DNA of 64,000 bases from an uncultured Pseudobdellovibrionaceae bacterium (GTDB lineage Bacteria > Bdellovibrionota > Bdellovibrionia > Bdellovibrionales > JAGQZY01), in contig CAYGNH010000007.1 of the NCBI GenBank assembly GCA_964351315.1, positions 69,755-133,754 of the forward strand, written 5' to 3'. Shown piece after piece: positions 37,644-48,108 of this stretch. Numbering within the stretch: position 1 is the stretch's first letter; each line of letters starts with the position of its first letter. Made by a program: the position numbers and the translations under genes. Below the pieces are notes generated by a model. It saw only the letters and a program-made list of their open reading frames with translations. It was not told where the DNA came from and made no database searches.

Positions 37644-40043
37644 TTAGGTCAAGTTCTTTAAAATCTGTTGTTGCTCGTTGATGACCTGTTGTAGGCTTTT
37701 AAAGACACTTTCAACTCTAAGCATTTTAGAAACTCGACCTAAGTTGTTACTGTTAACCCCGACTTTAGTGCTGGAAGAATCGTTCGTTATCTGAAAAACC
37801 TGCTCGAGTCGTCGCAAAAATCGATAGTTGGTTTTCAATTTCATTTTAGTGGACTCGTCAGCGGCGATAAGCTCAATAAGGCTCAGGGTCGAAGTAAACT
37901 CAGGTACCACGTCTTTGCTTAGAATCATTTTTTGAATGACAAACTCAGTTTCAATTAATCCTCCTGGACAGAATTTGAGGTCGATGTTGCTGGCAGTTAC
38001 AGGGGTTAGTAGCTTCTTATGGATTGCATCGAGCTCAGTAAGTTCTTCGGGATTTAGCTTAAGGTCGGCGAAGCGACTCTTTAGAAAAAACGAATCAGTC
38101 CCACATAATCTTGATCGTAAATACGCCTGCTTTTGCCATGGCTGTGATTGGTTTTTCACAAAATCTAAAAAAGCCGACTTGTGAAGGATTAAGGGACCTG
38201 CGCTTTCATTAGGTTTTAAGCGCAGGTCAATGTCATACAAGCGACCGGCATTGGAGCGTGAAGTGAGGAGCGTAATAATTCTTCGAGCCACTCGAACTTG
38301 CTTAGAGGTTGGTTCGGACTCAGAGAGGAAAACAAAATCAAGGTCAGATCGAATTCCTAACTCTTTACCACTCCACTTACCTAGAGTTAGCACTTCGAGT
38401 TTTTCGGCTTCAAGTTCAGTCGTCAGAAATCGGATAAGATGATTAACGATGAGATCGGCCTGATCGCTGAGGTGAATAAAATAACTTTCCGAATCGGGAT
38501 TTTTCATAAGATCAACAACAGCAGTCAGTTGTCCCAGCAATTTGTAGTCGACTAGGCTGTCCCAAAGAGACTCGATGTCGTCGTTGTCGTCAATAACAAC
38601 TTGGCCAAGGGCAAAGCTGTCAATAAGCTCAGGTCTTCGGGTTAACAATTGCCCGATAAAGGGTGATATTGAAAACAACCAAGCCAAGGTATCAATCAGA
38701 TTGGGATGTCTCTCAAGAAGATAAAAGATGGACGTTTTTGATTTAATCGAAAAAATAAAGTCTTTGAAAATCTGAATAGCAAGATCTTCGTCGATTGAAA
38801 TTTCTTGAACTTTGCCTATGTAGGAAGAAAGAATTTGGTCTTTAAGGCTTTCAATTCCTTGTTTTTTTATGGAAGCACTTTTTAGATTTTTTATCTCATC
38901 GATAGCTTTTTTCGAAGGCGGGCTTAGTTTTCGGTCAAGGGGGTTGCTTTTTGGCGCATTCCTGCTTGGTGTTCTGAAAAAATGACCGATAATTTCCTCG
39001 GATTTATTGAAACCCTTAACGAGCTCTTCTTCGGTAAAATTGAACTTCTTAAGCTCCTTATAGTCTCTGTCTTGAACCAGGTAAGTGTGCTGGTCCTCTT
39101 TGATGTGGATCAGGTTTTCTAACTTTCGAAGACGCCAATAGAAATCATGGAAAAACAGAGCCTCCTCTTTTTTAAGAGCATCAACACGTTGTAAAGTATT
39201 GATGGCCGAGGAAATTGGTGCCACTTGAATTGATTTATCTCGTCCACCATAGATAACCTGCAATGAATGTAGATAAAGCTCAATGTCACGAATTCCACCG
39301 GGATGAAGTTTAATATCAAAGGGTTCGCTGGCCTTTCTCCACTGAAAGGCAATTTTGGATCGGACATTTTTAATTTCTTCCAATACAGAGAAATCAAGGC
39401 GTTTTGGGAAACAACGTTTTTTACAATAAGAAGTCAGATCTTGAGAGAGAATTTCTGATGGAAATAAGGAGCGCACTCGAATGAAACTCAATCGATGCCA
39501 GGCCTCAAGATATTCATCATAGAAGTTATAAAAATTAGTTTTATTTGGTACTAAAGGTGAAAATTCGCCACCTGGGCGCAATTTTAGGTCAACCCGGTAG
39601 GTAAAGCCAAAAGGAGTGTTCTCATTAAGAATCTTGATAAATTTTTTAACCCCTGATTGGACTAGCGGGTCGTTTAGGGTATTGGCCTTCACAAAAACAA
39701 TATCAATATCGGAACTCAGATTTAACTCGAATGAGCCAAGTTTTCCGAAAAGCAGAAGGCAAAGATCTTGCTCCGGTAATTGGACGTGGTTCCAGACTTC
39801 TTTCAAAAGTTCATCGGTTTTGTTTGACCAAAAGAGGCAGACATCCTCCGGAGAAACCTGATCTGTGAACGTGGCCAGAGCGCATTGCAGCCAGTAGAAA
39901 TGCTTCTTTTTTCGGATTTCATCTTCAAAAGTTTTTGAGTCTCGGTTTAAATGGTTTTGGTAGTGATTAAAAATCGGCGAATAAAGGGCGAGACTCGTTT
40001 TGGCATTATCGGAATAGCTATCTAGTTCAGGTAAGGTGACCAT
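37644..40043 (-). CDS. glnE: Glutamine synthetase adenylyltransferase/adenylyl-removing enzyme (GlnE family)
   Basis: 799 aa with two nucleotidyltransferase cores (GKLGSFELNLSSDIDIVFV and GKWSGKELGIRSDLDFVFL). Each is followed by a DIKL/DLKF…PGG(I/L) motif. Confidence 0.8.
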   Translation of the reverse strand: MVTLPELDSYSDNAKTSLALYSPIFNHYQNHLNRDSKTFEDEIRKKKHFYWLQCALATFTDQVSPEDVCLFWSNKTDELLKEVWNHVQLPEQDLCLLLFGKLGSFELNLSSDIDIVFVKANTLNDPLVQSGVKKFIKILNENTPFGFTYRVDLKLRPGGEFSPLVPNKTNFYNFYDEYLEAWHRLSFIRVRSLFPSEILSQDLTSYCKKRCFPKRLDFSVLEEIKNVRSKIAFQWRKASEPFDIKLHPGGIRDIELYLHSLQVIYGGRDKSIQVAPISSAINTLQRVDALKKEEALFFHDFYWRLRKLENLIHIKEDQHTYLVQDRDYKELKKFNFTEEELVKGFNKSEEIIGHFFRTPSRNAPKSNPLDRKLSPPSKKAIDEIKNLKSASIKKQGIESLKDQILSSYIGKVQEISIDEDLAIQIFKDFIFSIKSKTSIFYLLERHPNLIDTLAWLFSISPFIGQLLTRRPELIDSFALGQVVIDDNDDIESLWDSLVDYKLLGQLTAVVDLMKNPDSESYFIHLSDQADLIVNHLIRFLTTELEAEKLEVLTLGKWSGKELGIRSDLDFVFLSESEPTSKQVRVARRIITLLTSRSNAGRLYDIDLRLKPNESAGPLILHKSAFLDFVKNQSQPWQKQAYLRSRLCGTDSFFLKSRFADLKLNPEELTELDAIHKKLLTPVTASNIDLKFCPGGLIETEFVIQKMILSKDVVPEFTSTLSLIELIAADESTKMKLKTNYRFLRRLEQVFQITNDSSSTKVGVNSNNLGRVSKMLRVESVFKSLQQVINEQQQILKNLT

Positions 40044-41419
40044 TGAGGTTTGTAATAATCCTTGTTGTCAAAGGTGAGGCGGTGTTCGTACTTTCCATCC
40101 ACACTAACGATATACAATTGGTAGCGGCCTGTTCGATCACTAGCGAATAAAATAAAACGCCCGTCTGGAGAAAAACTAGGGTATTCATTGTTGGCCCAGC
40201 GTCCGTCTCGCTTTTTAGCTGAAGTCAGTCTTTTAATGTTTTTCCCGTCGACATCGACCGTAAAGAGATCAAAATGACCTTTGTCAAAGCCTGCAAAAGC
40301 GATTCTTTGGCCATCAGGCGACCAGGCAGGAGACGAGTTATAGACTCCGGCAAAAGTAATGCGCTTCACATTTTTTCCATTCATATCCATAGTGTAAATC
40401 ATGGGTTTACCTGATCGATCTGAGGAAAAAGCAATTTTAGTCCCAGCGGGATTGACGGCTGGCTCGACGTTCATTGCTCCGCGGGGACCATCCGTGAGTT
40501 GGGTTAGCCTTTTTCCTTGAAGATCTGTTTTGTAGAGATCTGAGGAGCCAAGTTTCGAAATTCTTAGAAGAATATTTTCCGAATCTGGAGTAAAAGAGGC
40601 GCCTGAGTTGATGCCCTTTTGGTAGGACAGTAACCATCGCTTATCGGTTTGAAAATCGTAGAGAAAAAGATCCGCATTTCGAGTCTTCAATTTTTTGTGA
40701 TACAGAAACGAGGTGTAGGTGAGATATCGACCGTCGGGAGACCATGAGGGAGATTGGGAAATGGTTCTATGTTTGGTCATTTGTTTTTGATTGGCCCCAT
40801 CCCAATCCATAGTAAAAATTTCCTTCTCAATCTTGTTGCTTGAGCGTGACACGACAAATTTAGTCATAAAAAAGCCGTTTTTTCCCGTTAAAGCCTTCAT
40901 GATATCGTTACAAAACTTGTGCGCGATAGTTCTTAGATCATTGACCGAACCACTGTAAGATTTTCCCAAGACCAATTTTCTTTGTGGTACATGATAAAGA
41001 TAAGCGTCGTATTGAAACTGATTGTTTACCACTTTGAATCCAGATCGAATCATAAACTCAGCACCAATTTGTTTCCAAGATGAGAAATCAAACCCTTGGC
41101 CCGGATCATTCTCTTTTGGGGTTAGTGATCGGTTTTTGTAATCTTCGACAAAGGCTTCTGGCGAGATAAATGAAAAGTAGGACGAAATTGTCAGATCTTT
41201 CTCGACGATATCGTAAAAACGTTTTCCGTAAGCCAACTTATTGGGGGCCAAGGCTTCCGTCCCGAGATAGATCAATGGGACTAAGGCCATCGGACTTTGT
41301 CTGATTTCTGCTTGTCCAATGTTTATGTAGGGCTGATCAACGGTGAGTCCCTTTGAGGAGCTCAAAAAGACAAAGAAAAAAGGTAAAAGTGATAGTCGTC
41401 GAACAATTTTTTTAAACAT
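40022..41419 (-). CDS. tolB: TolB (periplasmic beta-propeller)
   Basis: Start at ATG 41419 (MFKKIVRRLSLLPFF…, a signal peptide). Repeated SPDG(R/Q)…F.SDR WD-like blades are present. It lies downstream of tolQR and the tolA-like gene. Confidence 0.88.
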   Translation of the reverse strand: MFKKIVRRLSLLPFFFVFLSSSKGLTVDQPYINIGQAEIRQSPMALVPLIYLGTEALAPNKLAYGKRFYDIVEKDLTISSYFSFISPEAFVEDYKNRSLTPKENDPGQGFDFSSWKQIGAEFMIRSGFKVVNNQFQYDAYLYHVPQRKLVLGKSYSGSVNDLRTIAHKFCNDIMKALTGKNGFFMTKFVVSRSSNKIEKEIFTMDWDGANQKQMTKHRTISQSPSWSPDGRYLTYTSFLYHKKLKTRNADLFLYDFQTDKRWLLSYQKGINSGASFTPDSENILLRISKLGSSDLYKTDLQGKRLTQLTDGPRGAMNVEPAVNPAGTKIAFSSDRSGKPMIYTMDMNGKNVKRITFAGVYNSSPAWSPDGQRIAFAGFDKGHFDLFTVDVDGKNIKRLTSAKKRDGRWANNEYPSFSPDGRFILFASDRTGRYQLYIVSVDGKYEHRLTFDNKDYYKPQWSPYLN

Positions 41420-41432
41420 AAAACCCTCTGTG

Positions 41433-42179
41433 TTATGGGAATGCAATTTTAACTCCTCTGGTTTGATATAAATCAACTAAACTCTGAGGTGGTGGTGGTA
41501 GTGGAATGGCTTTTTCAATCGTGCCCATGACGTATTCGTCGAAATTTTCATTTCCGGACTTGGACAAAAATGTTTTGCTAATAACACCACCCCTTTTGTC
41601 GATCTTTATAAGCACCAAAGCATTTAGGTTAGCATTAGCCAACCACTCGGGCAAGCTCCAGTAAGCCTTGATATGAGGTTGAAGCTTATCCGTATAGTTG
41701 TTGTCTTTCAAGGTTTGCATGCCAGTTAGAGAGTTGCCCTTACTCAGTTGATTTCCCTTGTATTCGATTTTTTGAATGGGATCGTCTTTTTCTTTATTTT
41801 TTTCTTTCAGCTTCTGTAGTGCTTTTAAGCGAGTAATAGCTGAATCCTGTTCGTCTAAGACCTTTTTCACATCGGGTTGCTTGGGTTTTGGCTTGGGTTT
41901 CGGTTTCTTCGGTTCTGGCTTCTTGGGCTTGGGTTTCTTGGGCTCTGGTTTCGGTTTTTTTGGTTCTGATTTCTTGGGTTCCGGCTTTTCTGGGGCTGGC
42001 GGTGGCGGCGTCGTTTGTTTTTCTGGAAGAGCAACCACATCGACTCGAATGGCATCAATGTGCTCGGGAATCTCTCCTGGGAAAAAAAGAATCTTAAGGG
42101 TGAGAAAAGCCAAGATGATTCCGTGAAATCCTAAAGATAAAAGGATGAAACTGAAAAAGGAATCTTTCGATTTTTTCAT
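41433..42179 (-). CDS. TolA/TonB-family energy transducer (Pro/Lys/Glu-rich linker + TonB_C-like domain)
   Basis: 248 aa with an N-terminal TM, a (KPEPKKP)n linker and a C-terminal domain. Its position between tolR and tolB argues for TolA. Confidence 0.75.
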   Translation of the reverse strand: MKKSKDSFFSFILLSLGFHGIILAFLTLKILFFPGEIPEHIDAIRVDVVALPEKQTTPPPPAPEKPEPKKSEPKKPKPEPKKPKPKKPEPKKPKPKPKPKQPDVKKVLDEQDSAITRLKALQKLKEKNKEKDDPIQKIEYKGNQLSKGNSLTGMQTLKDNNYTDKLQPHIKAYWSLPEWLANANLNALVLIKIDKRGGVISKTFLSKSGNENFDEYVMGTIEKAIPLPPPPQSLVDLYQTRGVKIAFP

Positions 42180-42583
42180 TGAGGAAGTGTTACCAGCCCA
42201 ATATTGTAGATGCCAGCGGCGCGAATTTCGGCAAGCGCCTTGGCTACAACTTCATAACTGACCTTTTTGTCAGCTTGCAAATAGATTTGTTTATTTTTTC
42301 TGCTGGCAAAAATGGCTTTGAGTTTAACTCTTAAACCTTTCAGTTGAACTTCTTCCTTTGCTACATACATCTTGCTGTCTGATCGAATGGACAAAGTAAA
42401 AGGTTCTTCACTTGTTTCGATTCCGGAAGCCGCTGTTTCGGGCAGGTCAATGTCAATCCCTTGCTGCATCATCGGCGCGGTTACCATAAATATGATAAGT
42501 AACACTAACATCACGTCGACAAAGGGTGTGACGTTGATTTCGCTCATCGAACTGCGATTGTTGGAACCTCCGCTCATTCCCAT
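42176..42583 (-). CDS. tolR: TolR/ExbD biopolymer transport protein
   Basis: 135 aa with INVTPFVDVMLVLLIIFM, the typical ExbD/TolR N-terminus. Confidence 0.88.
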   Translation of the reverse strand: MGMSGGSNNRSSMSEINVTPFVDVMLVLLIIFMVTAPMMQQGIDIDLPETAASGIETSEEPFTLSIRSDSKMYVAKEEVQLKGLRVKLKAIFASRKNKQIYLQADKKVSYEVVAKALAEIRAAGIYNIGLVTLPQ

Positions 42584-42587
42584 GAAG

Positions 42588-43286
42588 TCAGTCCTTTTGC
42601 TGCTGAAGGCGTGAAATATTCAAGAATTCAGAAATAAAATTATTCATTTCGTTTTCTTGTTTGCGTACTTCATTGAGAAGGTAATTGTAGGCCATCACTG
42701 CTGGGATCGCAGCGAACAAACCAACGGCTGTGGCGAAAAGGGCTTCGGAAATACCCGGAGCTACGGTTGCCAAACTGGCCGATCCAGAGTTCGAAATGGC
42801 GCGAAAAGAATTCATGATGCCAACAACCGTTCCAAGGAGTCCTATAAAAGGAGCCGTACTTCCTGTGGTTGCAAGAAAGGCCAGTTTTTCTTCAAGAACC
42901 GAGACCTCAATATCCTGCCCTTTGCGGAGTGCCCGTTGTAGGTTGTCGACGCCATCACCAAGGGTGGCGCTCTTGCGGCGGCGAATTCGTTCCAGTTCTG
43001 AAAAACCACAATTGAATATCCGAGAGAGGGGGCTTTCACCATGTCGTTCAAGTTTGTCTTTGACTTGATCAAGCGTGGCCGCGCTCCAAAACAAATCAAG
43101 AAATTTTTCGTTGTCCTCTTGGAATTGCTTGAAAGCTTTTCGTTTCTTGAAAATGATAGCCCAAGAGACTATGGACATGCCGATCAGGATCAGTAGCAAG
43201 AACTGCACGGCAATTCCTGCTCCTAGAATGTCGGAAATTAATGATGATTGCGTCGATATTTCGGTGGTTGCTGCTTGTGCGTTCAT
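42588..43286 (-). CDS. tolQ: TolQ/ExbB proton channel
   Basis: 232 aa with the MotA/TolQ/ExbB motif TAPFIGLLGTVVGIM…VAPGISEALFATAVGL. Confidence 0.9.
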   Translation of the reverse strand: MNAQAATTEISTQSSLISDILGAGIAVQFLLLILIGMSIVSWAIIFKKRKAFKQFQEDNEKFLDLFWSAATLDQVKDKLERHGESPLSRIFNCGFSELERIRRRKSATLGDGVDNLQRALRKGQDIEVSVLEEKLAFLATTGSTAPFIGLLGTVVGIMNSFRAISNSGSASLATVAPGISEALFATAVGLFAAIPAVMAYNYLLNEVRKQENEMNNFISEFLNISRLQQQKD

Positions 43287-43336
43287 ATCTATTGAGGCTA
43301 ATAGAATATTTTCGATGATTCAATGAATTCCAATAT

Positions 43337-44032
43337 TTACTGAACCTTTGGGTCCTTGATTTCGACCATCCATCCGTGGGGGTTGAGCCCCTCCAAAGGT
43401 CGAGATACGGGGCCTACGATAACTAATTTGTTTTGGCGACGGCCTTCAGCGATGATTTTACGGATATCATTACTAGCCAGTGTTGTAGTCATGTGAATAA
43501 AAACTACGTCAGCGGGAATTTCCAACAAAGACTCTAGTCCGAGTGACGAAAAAGCAAGCATTCGGATCATGTAGGCTTCGCCGTTACAAAAAGTCCACCG
43601 TGGTTCCAAATCTCTTAGATCTTTCAAGAGACCGTCCTGTCTTGAGCAAAAGATAGTTTTTTCAGCAAGATTCATTTCCGTTATAAGTTTTCTAAGGTCC
43701 GGCAATGCTTTAGGGTCTCGCCCATCGACAAACAAAAGTAAAGAGTTGAACATTGAAGCCTGTTTTTTGAGTTGGCTTTTTAAATCCGCAGCGGGTTGAT
43801 TTACTAACCCCCATTTTTGGCCATCGAACATCAGCTCCAGGAACCGGTGGCCCTGGGTGTTGGTCGACCTCCATTGCAAGGCTTGGTTTTGGCTTGTTAA
43901 CTCAGACACCAAAGGGGTTTGAAAGGTCGAAAGGTCTCGAGATTGTCCATAGGATTTTAGTCCAAACCAGACTACAAACAGCGAACATAAGGTGCCAACG
44001 ACTAAAATAAAAAAACCAATCACATCGCGCAT
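43337..44032 (-). CDS. Hypothetical membrane-anchored protein
   Basis: 231 aa with an N-terminal TM. I recognise no family. It lies upstream of tolQ on the same strand. Confidence 0.55.
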   Translation of the reverse strand: MRDVIGFFILVVGTLCSLFVVWFGLKSYGQSRDLSTFQTPLVSELTSQNQALQWRSTNTQGHRFLELMFDGQKWGLVNQPAADLKSQLKKQASMFNSLLLFVDGRDPKALPDLRKLITEMNLAEKTIFCSRQDGLLKDLRDLEPRWTFCNGEAYMIRMLAFSSLGLESLLEIPADVVFIHMTTTLASNDIRKIIAEGRRQNKLVIVGPVSRPLEGLNPHGWMVEIKDPKVQ

Positions 44033-44120
44033 TTAACCTAATATATTGAATTTATTGGTGAATGAGTCAACAACAAAGTGAGCTTCACCTGACGAAATAA
44101 GTCAAAAATAAACCGGTTTC

Positions 44121-44149
44121 TTGACCCGCATCGGCTTATCAACTAGTTT
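44121..44149 (+). promoter_or_regulatory. Candidate sigma70 promoter of the suf operon
   Basis: TTGACC (44121-26), a 17-nt spacer, then TAGTTT (44144-49), about 27 nt upstream of the Rrf2 ATG. Confidence 0.35.
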
Positions 44150-44175
44150 GCAAATACCAGGAAATGGAGGAATTT

Positions 44176-44631
44176 ATGAATAAAATCCATAGAAAAGTGG
44201 AGTACGCTCTGATCGCCCTCCGCCACATGAAAAAGAAGCAGCCCGGACAGTTGACCACGGTGAAAGAAATCTGTCGGTCCTATGGGTGTTCTTTTGATGC
44301 GACCTCAAGAGTTCTGCAAATGATGGTTCAAAAGGGGCTTCTTAAGTCTGAACAAGGTGCCCAGGGTGGATATTTGATTCAAAGAGATTTAGGGAAGGTT
44401 AGCTTGCATGACCTTATCGAGTATGTTGTTGGTCCGATCAGTGTCGTCAAGTGTTTAGACCCCGGGAAAGGGGGTTGCGACATGGAAAGCAAATGCAATG
44501 TCATAGCTCCTCTCGCTTTTTTGAATGATCAAATCATCCAGTTTTATAAAGGGATCAACATTGATGAGATGCTCAGTGTTCCAGATAAAAGATGCATCCC
44601 TTTGGAAAATTATATGTCCGGTGGCGCTTGA
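44176..44631 (+). CDS. Rrf2-family transcriptional regulator (IscR/SufR-like)
   Basis: Start at ATG 44176 (GGAGGA upstream). [11 protein letters not shown] is the Rrf2 N-terminal wHTH, and a Cys cluster (C…C…C) is present. Its stop overlaps the sufB ATG. Confidence 0.85.
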   Translation: MNKIHRKVEYALIALRHMKKKQPGQLTTVKEICRSYGCSFDATSRVLQMMVQKGLLKSEQGAQGGYLIQRDLGKVSLHDLIEYVVGPISVVKCLDPGKGGCDMESKCNVIAPLAFLNDQIIQFYKGINIDEMLSVPDKRCIPLENYMSGGA

Positions 44632-46079
44632 TGGCAAAATCTAGCGATGTTCTTTCTCAGCAAAGTGAATACAAATATGGCTTTTATACCGAAATTGACA
44701 GCCTCAATTTTGGCATTGGTTTAAACGAAAACATCATTAAGAAAATCTCGGGTCGCAAAGGTGAACCAGACTGGCTTTTAGATTACCGTTTAAAAGCTTA
44801 TGCCCATTGGTTAACTTTGAAAGAACCAGAATGGGCGGATCTGACTTATGAACCGATCGATTTTCAGAGTATTTCTTACTATTCAGAACCAAAAGCCAAG
44901 GACAGTGAAGATAAACCAAAATCATTAGATGAGCTGGACCCAGAGTTGTTAAAGACTTTCGAAAGACTGGGAATTCCCTTGAGCGAGCAGAAAAGAATCA
45001 GTGGCGTCGCCGTTGATGCTGTATTTGACAGTGTATCGGTCGGGACAACTCACACGGAGGAACTGAAGAAGTATGGAGTTGTATTTTGCTCTATTTCAGA
45101 AGCCGTTCATACTCACCCAGATTTAGTAAAAAAGTATTTGGGAAGCGTCGTCCCTTACAGAGATAACTTTTTTGCGGCACTGAATGCGGCGGTATTTTCT
45201 GATGGATCTTTTGTCTATGTTCCTAAGGGTGTTAAGTGTCCGATTGATTTGTCGACCTATTTTAGAATTAATGCCATGGACACTGGGCAGTTTGAAAGAA
45301 CTCTTGTGATTGCCGATGAGGGAAGCTTTGTGAACTATCTTGAAGGGTGCACAGCTCCTCAGCGAGATGAAAATCAATTGCATGCGGCTATTGTAGAGCT
45401 CATTACCTTGGACGATGCTGAGATTAAGTATTCAACTGTACAGAACTGGTACACCGGGGATCGAGAAGGGCGTGGGGGAATTTACAACTTTGTCACAAAG
45501 CGTGGTTTGTGTAAGGGTAAACGCTCAAAGATTTCCTGGACACAGGTGGAATCGGGCTCGGCGATCACTTGGAAGTACCCCAGTTGTATTTTGCAAGGAG
45601 ACTACTCTCAGGGGGCTTTCTACTCGGTCGCAATGACTCATGACCATATGCAGGCCGACACTGGAACAAAAATGATTCACATTGGTAAAAATACGAAGAG
45701 CACCATTATCTCGAAGGGCATTTCTTCTGGGCAGTCAAAAAATAACTATCGAGGTTTAGTTAAAATTATGCCCAAGGCAGAGGGCGCCCGCAATTACTCT
45801 CAGTGTGATTCCATGCTGGTGGGAGATCGTAGTTCGGCCAACACATACCCTTACCTCGAAGTTAAGAATAATTCGGCCGTTCTCGAGCATGAAGCGACAA
45901 CCAGTCGTATTAGTGAGGATCAGCTTTTTTACTTGCAGTCCAGAGGAATGGATATGGAAGAATCCATTTCCCTTTTAGTGAATGGTTTCTGCAAAGAAGT
46001 TTTTAAAGAGTTGCCTTTGGAATTTTCGGTGGAAGCCGTCAAATTGATTGAAATGAAACTAGAAAACAGCGTGGGGTAA
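44631..46079 (+). CDS. sufB: Fe-S cluster assembly scaffold SufB
   Basis: Start at ATG 44631 (MAKSSDV…YKYGF). It has the SufB/D beta-helix and …[20 protein letters not shown]. Confidence 0.93.
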   Translation: MAKSSDVLSQQSEYKYGFYTEIDSLNFGIGLNENIIKKISGRKGEPDWLLDYRLKAYAHWLTLKEPEWADLTYEPIDFQSISYYSEPKAKDSEDKPKSLDELDPELLKTFERLGIPLSEQKRISGVAVDAVFDSVSVGTTHTEELKKYGVVFCSISEAVHTHPDLVKKYLGSVVPYRDNFFAALNAAVFSDGSFVYVPKGVKCPIDLSTYFRINAMDTGQFERTLVIADEGSFVNYLEGCTAPQRDENQLHAAIVELITLDDAEIKYSTVQNWYTGDREGRGGIYNFVTKRGLCKGKRSKISWTQVESGSAITWKYPSCILQGDYSQGAFYSVAMTHDHMQADTGTKMIHIGKNTKSTIISKGISSGQSKNNYRGLVKIMPKAEGARNYSQCDSMLVGDRSSANTYPYLEVKNNSAVLEHEATTSRISEDQLFYLQSRGMDMEESISLLVNGFCKEVFKELPLEFSVEAVKLIEMKLENSVG

Positions 46080-46080
46080 A

Positions 46081-46833
46081 ATGTTACTTGAAGTTAAGAA
46101 TCTACATGCTTCGGTGGAAGAAAAACCAGTTCTTAAGGGGTTAGACTTTACAGTTAACCCGGGAGAAGTCCATGCCATTATGGGGCCCAACGGTTCTGGC
46201 AAATCAACATTGTCGAAAGTAGTTGCTGGGCACCCTAGCTATGAAGTGACTGAGGGCTCAGTTAAGTATGAGATAAATTTTAAGGAAACTGATCTCCTCG
46301 ATTTGAGCCCTGATGAACGTGCTAAAGAAGGCATTTTTTTAGCTTTTCAGTACCCCGTCGAAATCCCTGGAATTACGAATCTCGAATTTTTGATGACGGC
46401 ATACAATGCGATGGCAAAACATCAGGGGTTCCCAGAATTAAGTGAAGATAAATTTCTCCCTTTTGTTAAGGAGAAGATGAAGCTGGTTCAAATGAAAGAG
46501 GAGTTTCTTTATCGGTCAGTGAATGGTGGTTTTTCAGGGGGCGAAAAAAAGCGCAATGAAATTTTACAAATGGCTGTTTTAAACCCCCGTTTGGCTTTCT
46601 TGGATGAAACAGATTCGGGACTCGACATTGACGCCTTAAAAGTTGTGGCTGAAGGGGTTAATCAATTGAGAAGTCCTGAAAACGGGATTGTTTTAGTCAC
46701 CCACTACCAGCGTCTTCTTGACTACATCAAGCCCGACTATGTGCATGTCCTTTCGGGTGGGAAGATTATTAAGAGTGGTGGCCCTGAGCTAGCCCTTAAG
46801 TTAGAAGAAGAAGGCTATGACTGGATTCAATAA
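46081..46833 (+). CDS. sufC: Fe-S cluster assembly ATPase SufC
   Basis: 250 aa with [23 protein letters not shown] and LDETDSGLD. Confidence 0.95.
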   Translation: MLLEVKNLHASVEEKPVLKGLDFTVNPGEVHAIMGPNGSGKSTLSKVVAGHPSYEVTEGSVKYEINFKETDLLDLSPDERAKEGIFLAFQYPVEIPGITNLEFLMTAYNAMAKHQGFPELSEDKFLPFVKEKMKLVQMKEEFLYRSVNGGFSGGEKKRNEILQMAVLNPRLAFLDETDSGLDIDALKVVAEGVNQLRSPENGIVLVTHYQRLLDYIKPDYVHVLSGGKIIKSGGPELALKLEEEGYDWIQ

Positions 46834-46845
46834 GAAAGGTGAATT

Positions 46846-48108
46846 GTGAATAACATTTATCAAATTTGGACAGAATTTAGCAAAATCCAAAGCCAAGTTC
46901 TTAAAGGTGGCCATGTTTCTGACTTGATCGCTGCGGTTGAAAAGAGCGTCGATCAATGGAAGGAAAAGCCTTATCCGAGCGGGGAAGATTGGAAGTACGT
47001 TAAATTCCAACAACTTCCAAACACTCATTTTCGTTGGCCAGAAAAAGATGAGGCCAGTCAGCAAGTGGCTGACCAAGACTACTATAGTCTCGATATTCGG
47101 AACTTTAAAACGCCTCAGGTTTTTAAAAAGCTTTCTCTCCCGACCGGATTGGAAATTGTTTCTGAACTTGAGGCCACTGATTTGAATTTGATGGCGTCTG
47201 CCGTCACCAACCCTTTCGAGAGCTTTTCTCGATCTTTTTATGGTTTAGGTTTTTACTTAAAAATTGATAAAGATTTTGCGGCCGACAAGCCCATTCGAAT
47301 TTTAATAGATTTGGATTCGCTGCAAGGAAAAGATCTATTTATCCAGCAAAATATTCACATTGATTTGGTCGAAAACGCCAAAGCCGAAGTCTTCATTGAG
47401 TTGGCTGGAGAAAGTTTTAGTGGATTAAGCAATCTTTGTGTCGGAGTTTCTTGCGGCAAAGGTTCCAAAATAGAAATGTATGCGAAAGAAAAAGGTGGCC
47501 CTCAATCATACTCTGTCTTTAATGTTCATAGTCGGGTTCAAGAAGCGGCTCATTTTTCATGCTTTGACCTAACTCTTCCATCAAGATGGTCAAGGCACAA
47601 CTTGACGATCGAGTTAGCTGAGAAAGACGCTGTTGCTAAGCTCAGGGGCGCTTACCTCAATAATCAATCTAATTTTATTGATCACCACACTTCGATCACT
47701 CACAAGGTCGGAGAAACGGAATCCTATGAAGACTATCGGGGAATTCTCGCCGATTCTGCCCAAGCTGTTTTTAACGGAAAAGTATGTATTGCTAAAAACG
47801 CTCGCAAATCAAATTCTGAGCAGATAAACAAAAATTTGATGCTTTCAAAACATGCTGAGGTCGACACTAAACCCGAGTTACAAATCTACAACGACGATGT
47901 AAAAGCGGCTCACGGAGCCACGGTTGGGCAGCTTGATGAAGAACAGCGATTCTATTTACAGAGTCGCGGGTACTCCGACAAAGAGGCTGGGCGGGTTTTG
48001 GCCAAAGCTTTTGTGTTTGGACTGCTCGACCAGTCCTCCGACAAAGCACGGAATTTTTTGAGTTCCGATTTGGAAAGAGTTTTGGCCGAAATGGGAGAAC
48101 AAAAGTGA
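46846..48108 (+). CDS. sufD: Fe-S cluster assembly protein SufD
   Basis: 420 aa with a GTG start. It has the C-terminal SufBD domain (…HGATVGQLDEEQRFYLQSRG). Confidence 0.88.
   Translation: MNNIYQIWTEFSKIQSQVLKGGHVSDLIAAVEKSVDQWKEKPYPSGEDWKYVKFQQLPNTHFRWPEKDEASQQVADQDYYSLDIRNFKTPQVFKKLSLPTGLEIVSELEATDLNLMASAVTNPFESFSRSFYGLGFYLKIDKDFAADKPIRILIDLDSLQGKDLFIQQNIHIDLVENAKAEVFIELAGESFSGLSNLCVGVSCGKGSKIEMYAKEKGGPQSYSVFNVHSRVQEAAHFSCFDLTLPSRWSRHNLTIELAEKDAVAKLRGAYLNNQSNFIDHHTSITHKVGETESYEDYRGILADSAQAVFNGKVCIAKNARKSNSEQINKNLMLSKHAEVDTKPELQIYNDDVKAAHGATVGQLDEEQRFYLQSRGYSDKEAGRVLAKAFVFGLLDQSSDKARNFLSSDLERVLAEMGEQK

Noticed and set aside
41776-42126. Plus- and minus-strand alternative ORFs (116, 69 and 63 aa) inside the tolA-like gene.
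   Set aside because: These are frame or strand shadows of the (KPEPKKP)n repeat. They have no independent signals, and the TolA-like frame fits the operon.
44033-44120. Short inverted repeats (GTGAgctTCAC, TGAC-N7-GTCA) upstream of the suf promoter, as a possible Rrf2 operator.
   Set aside because: The repeats are too short and imperfect to distinguish from chance in AT-rich DNA. Only the -35/-10 candidate is reported.
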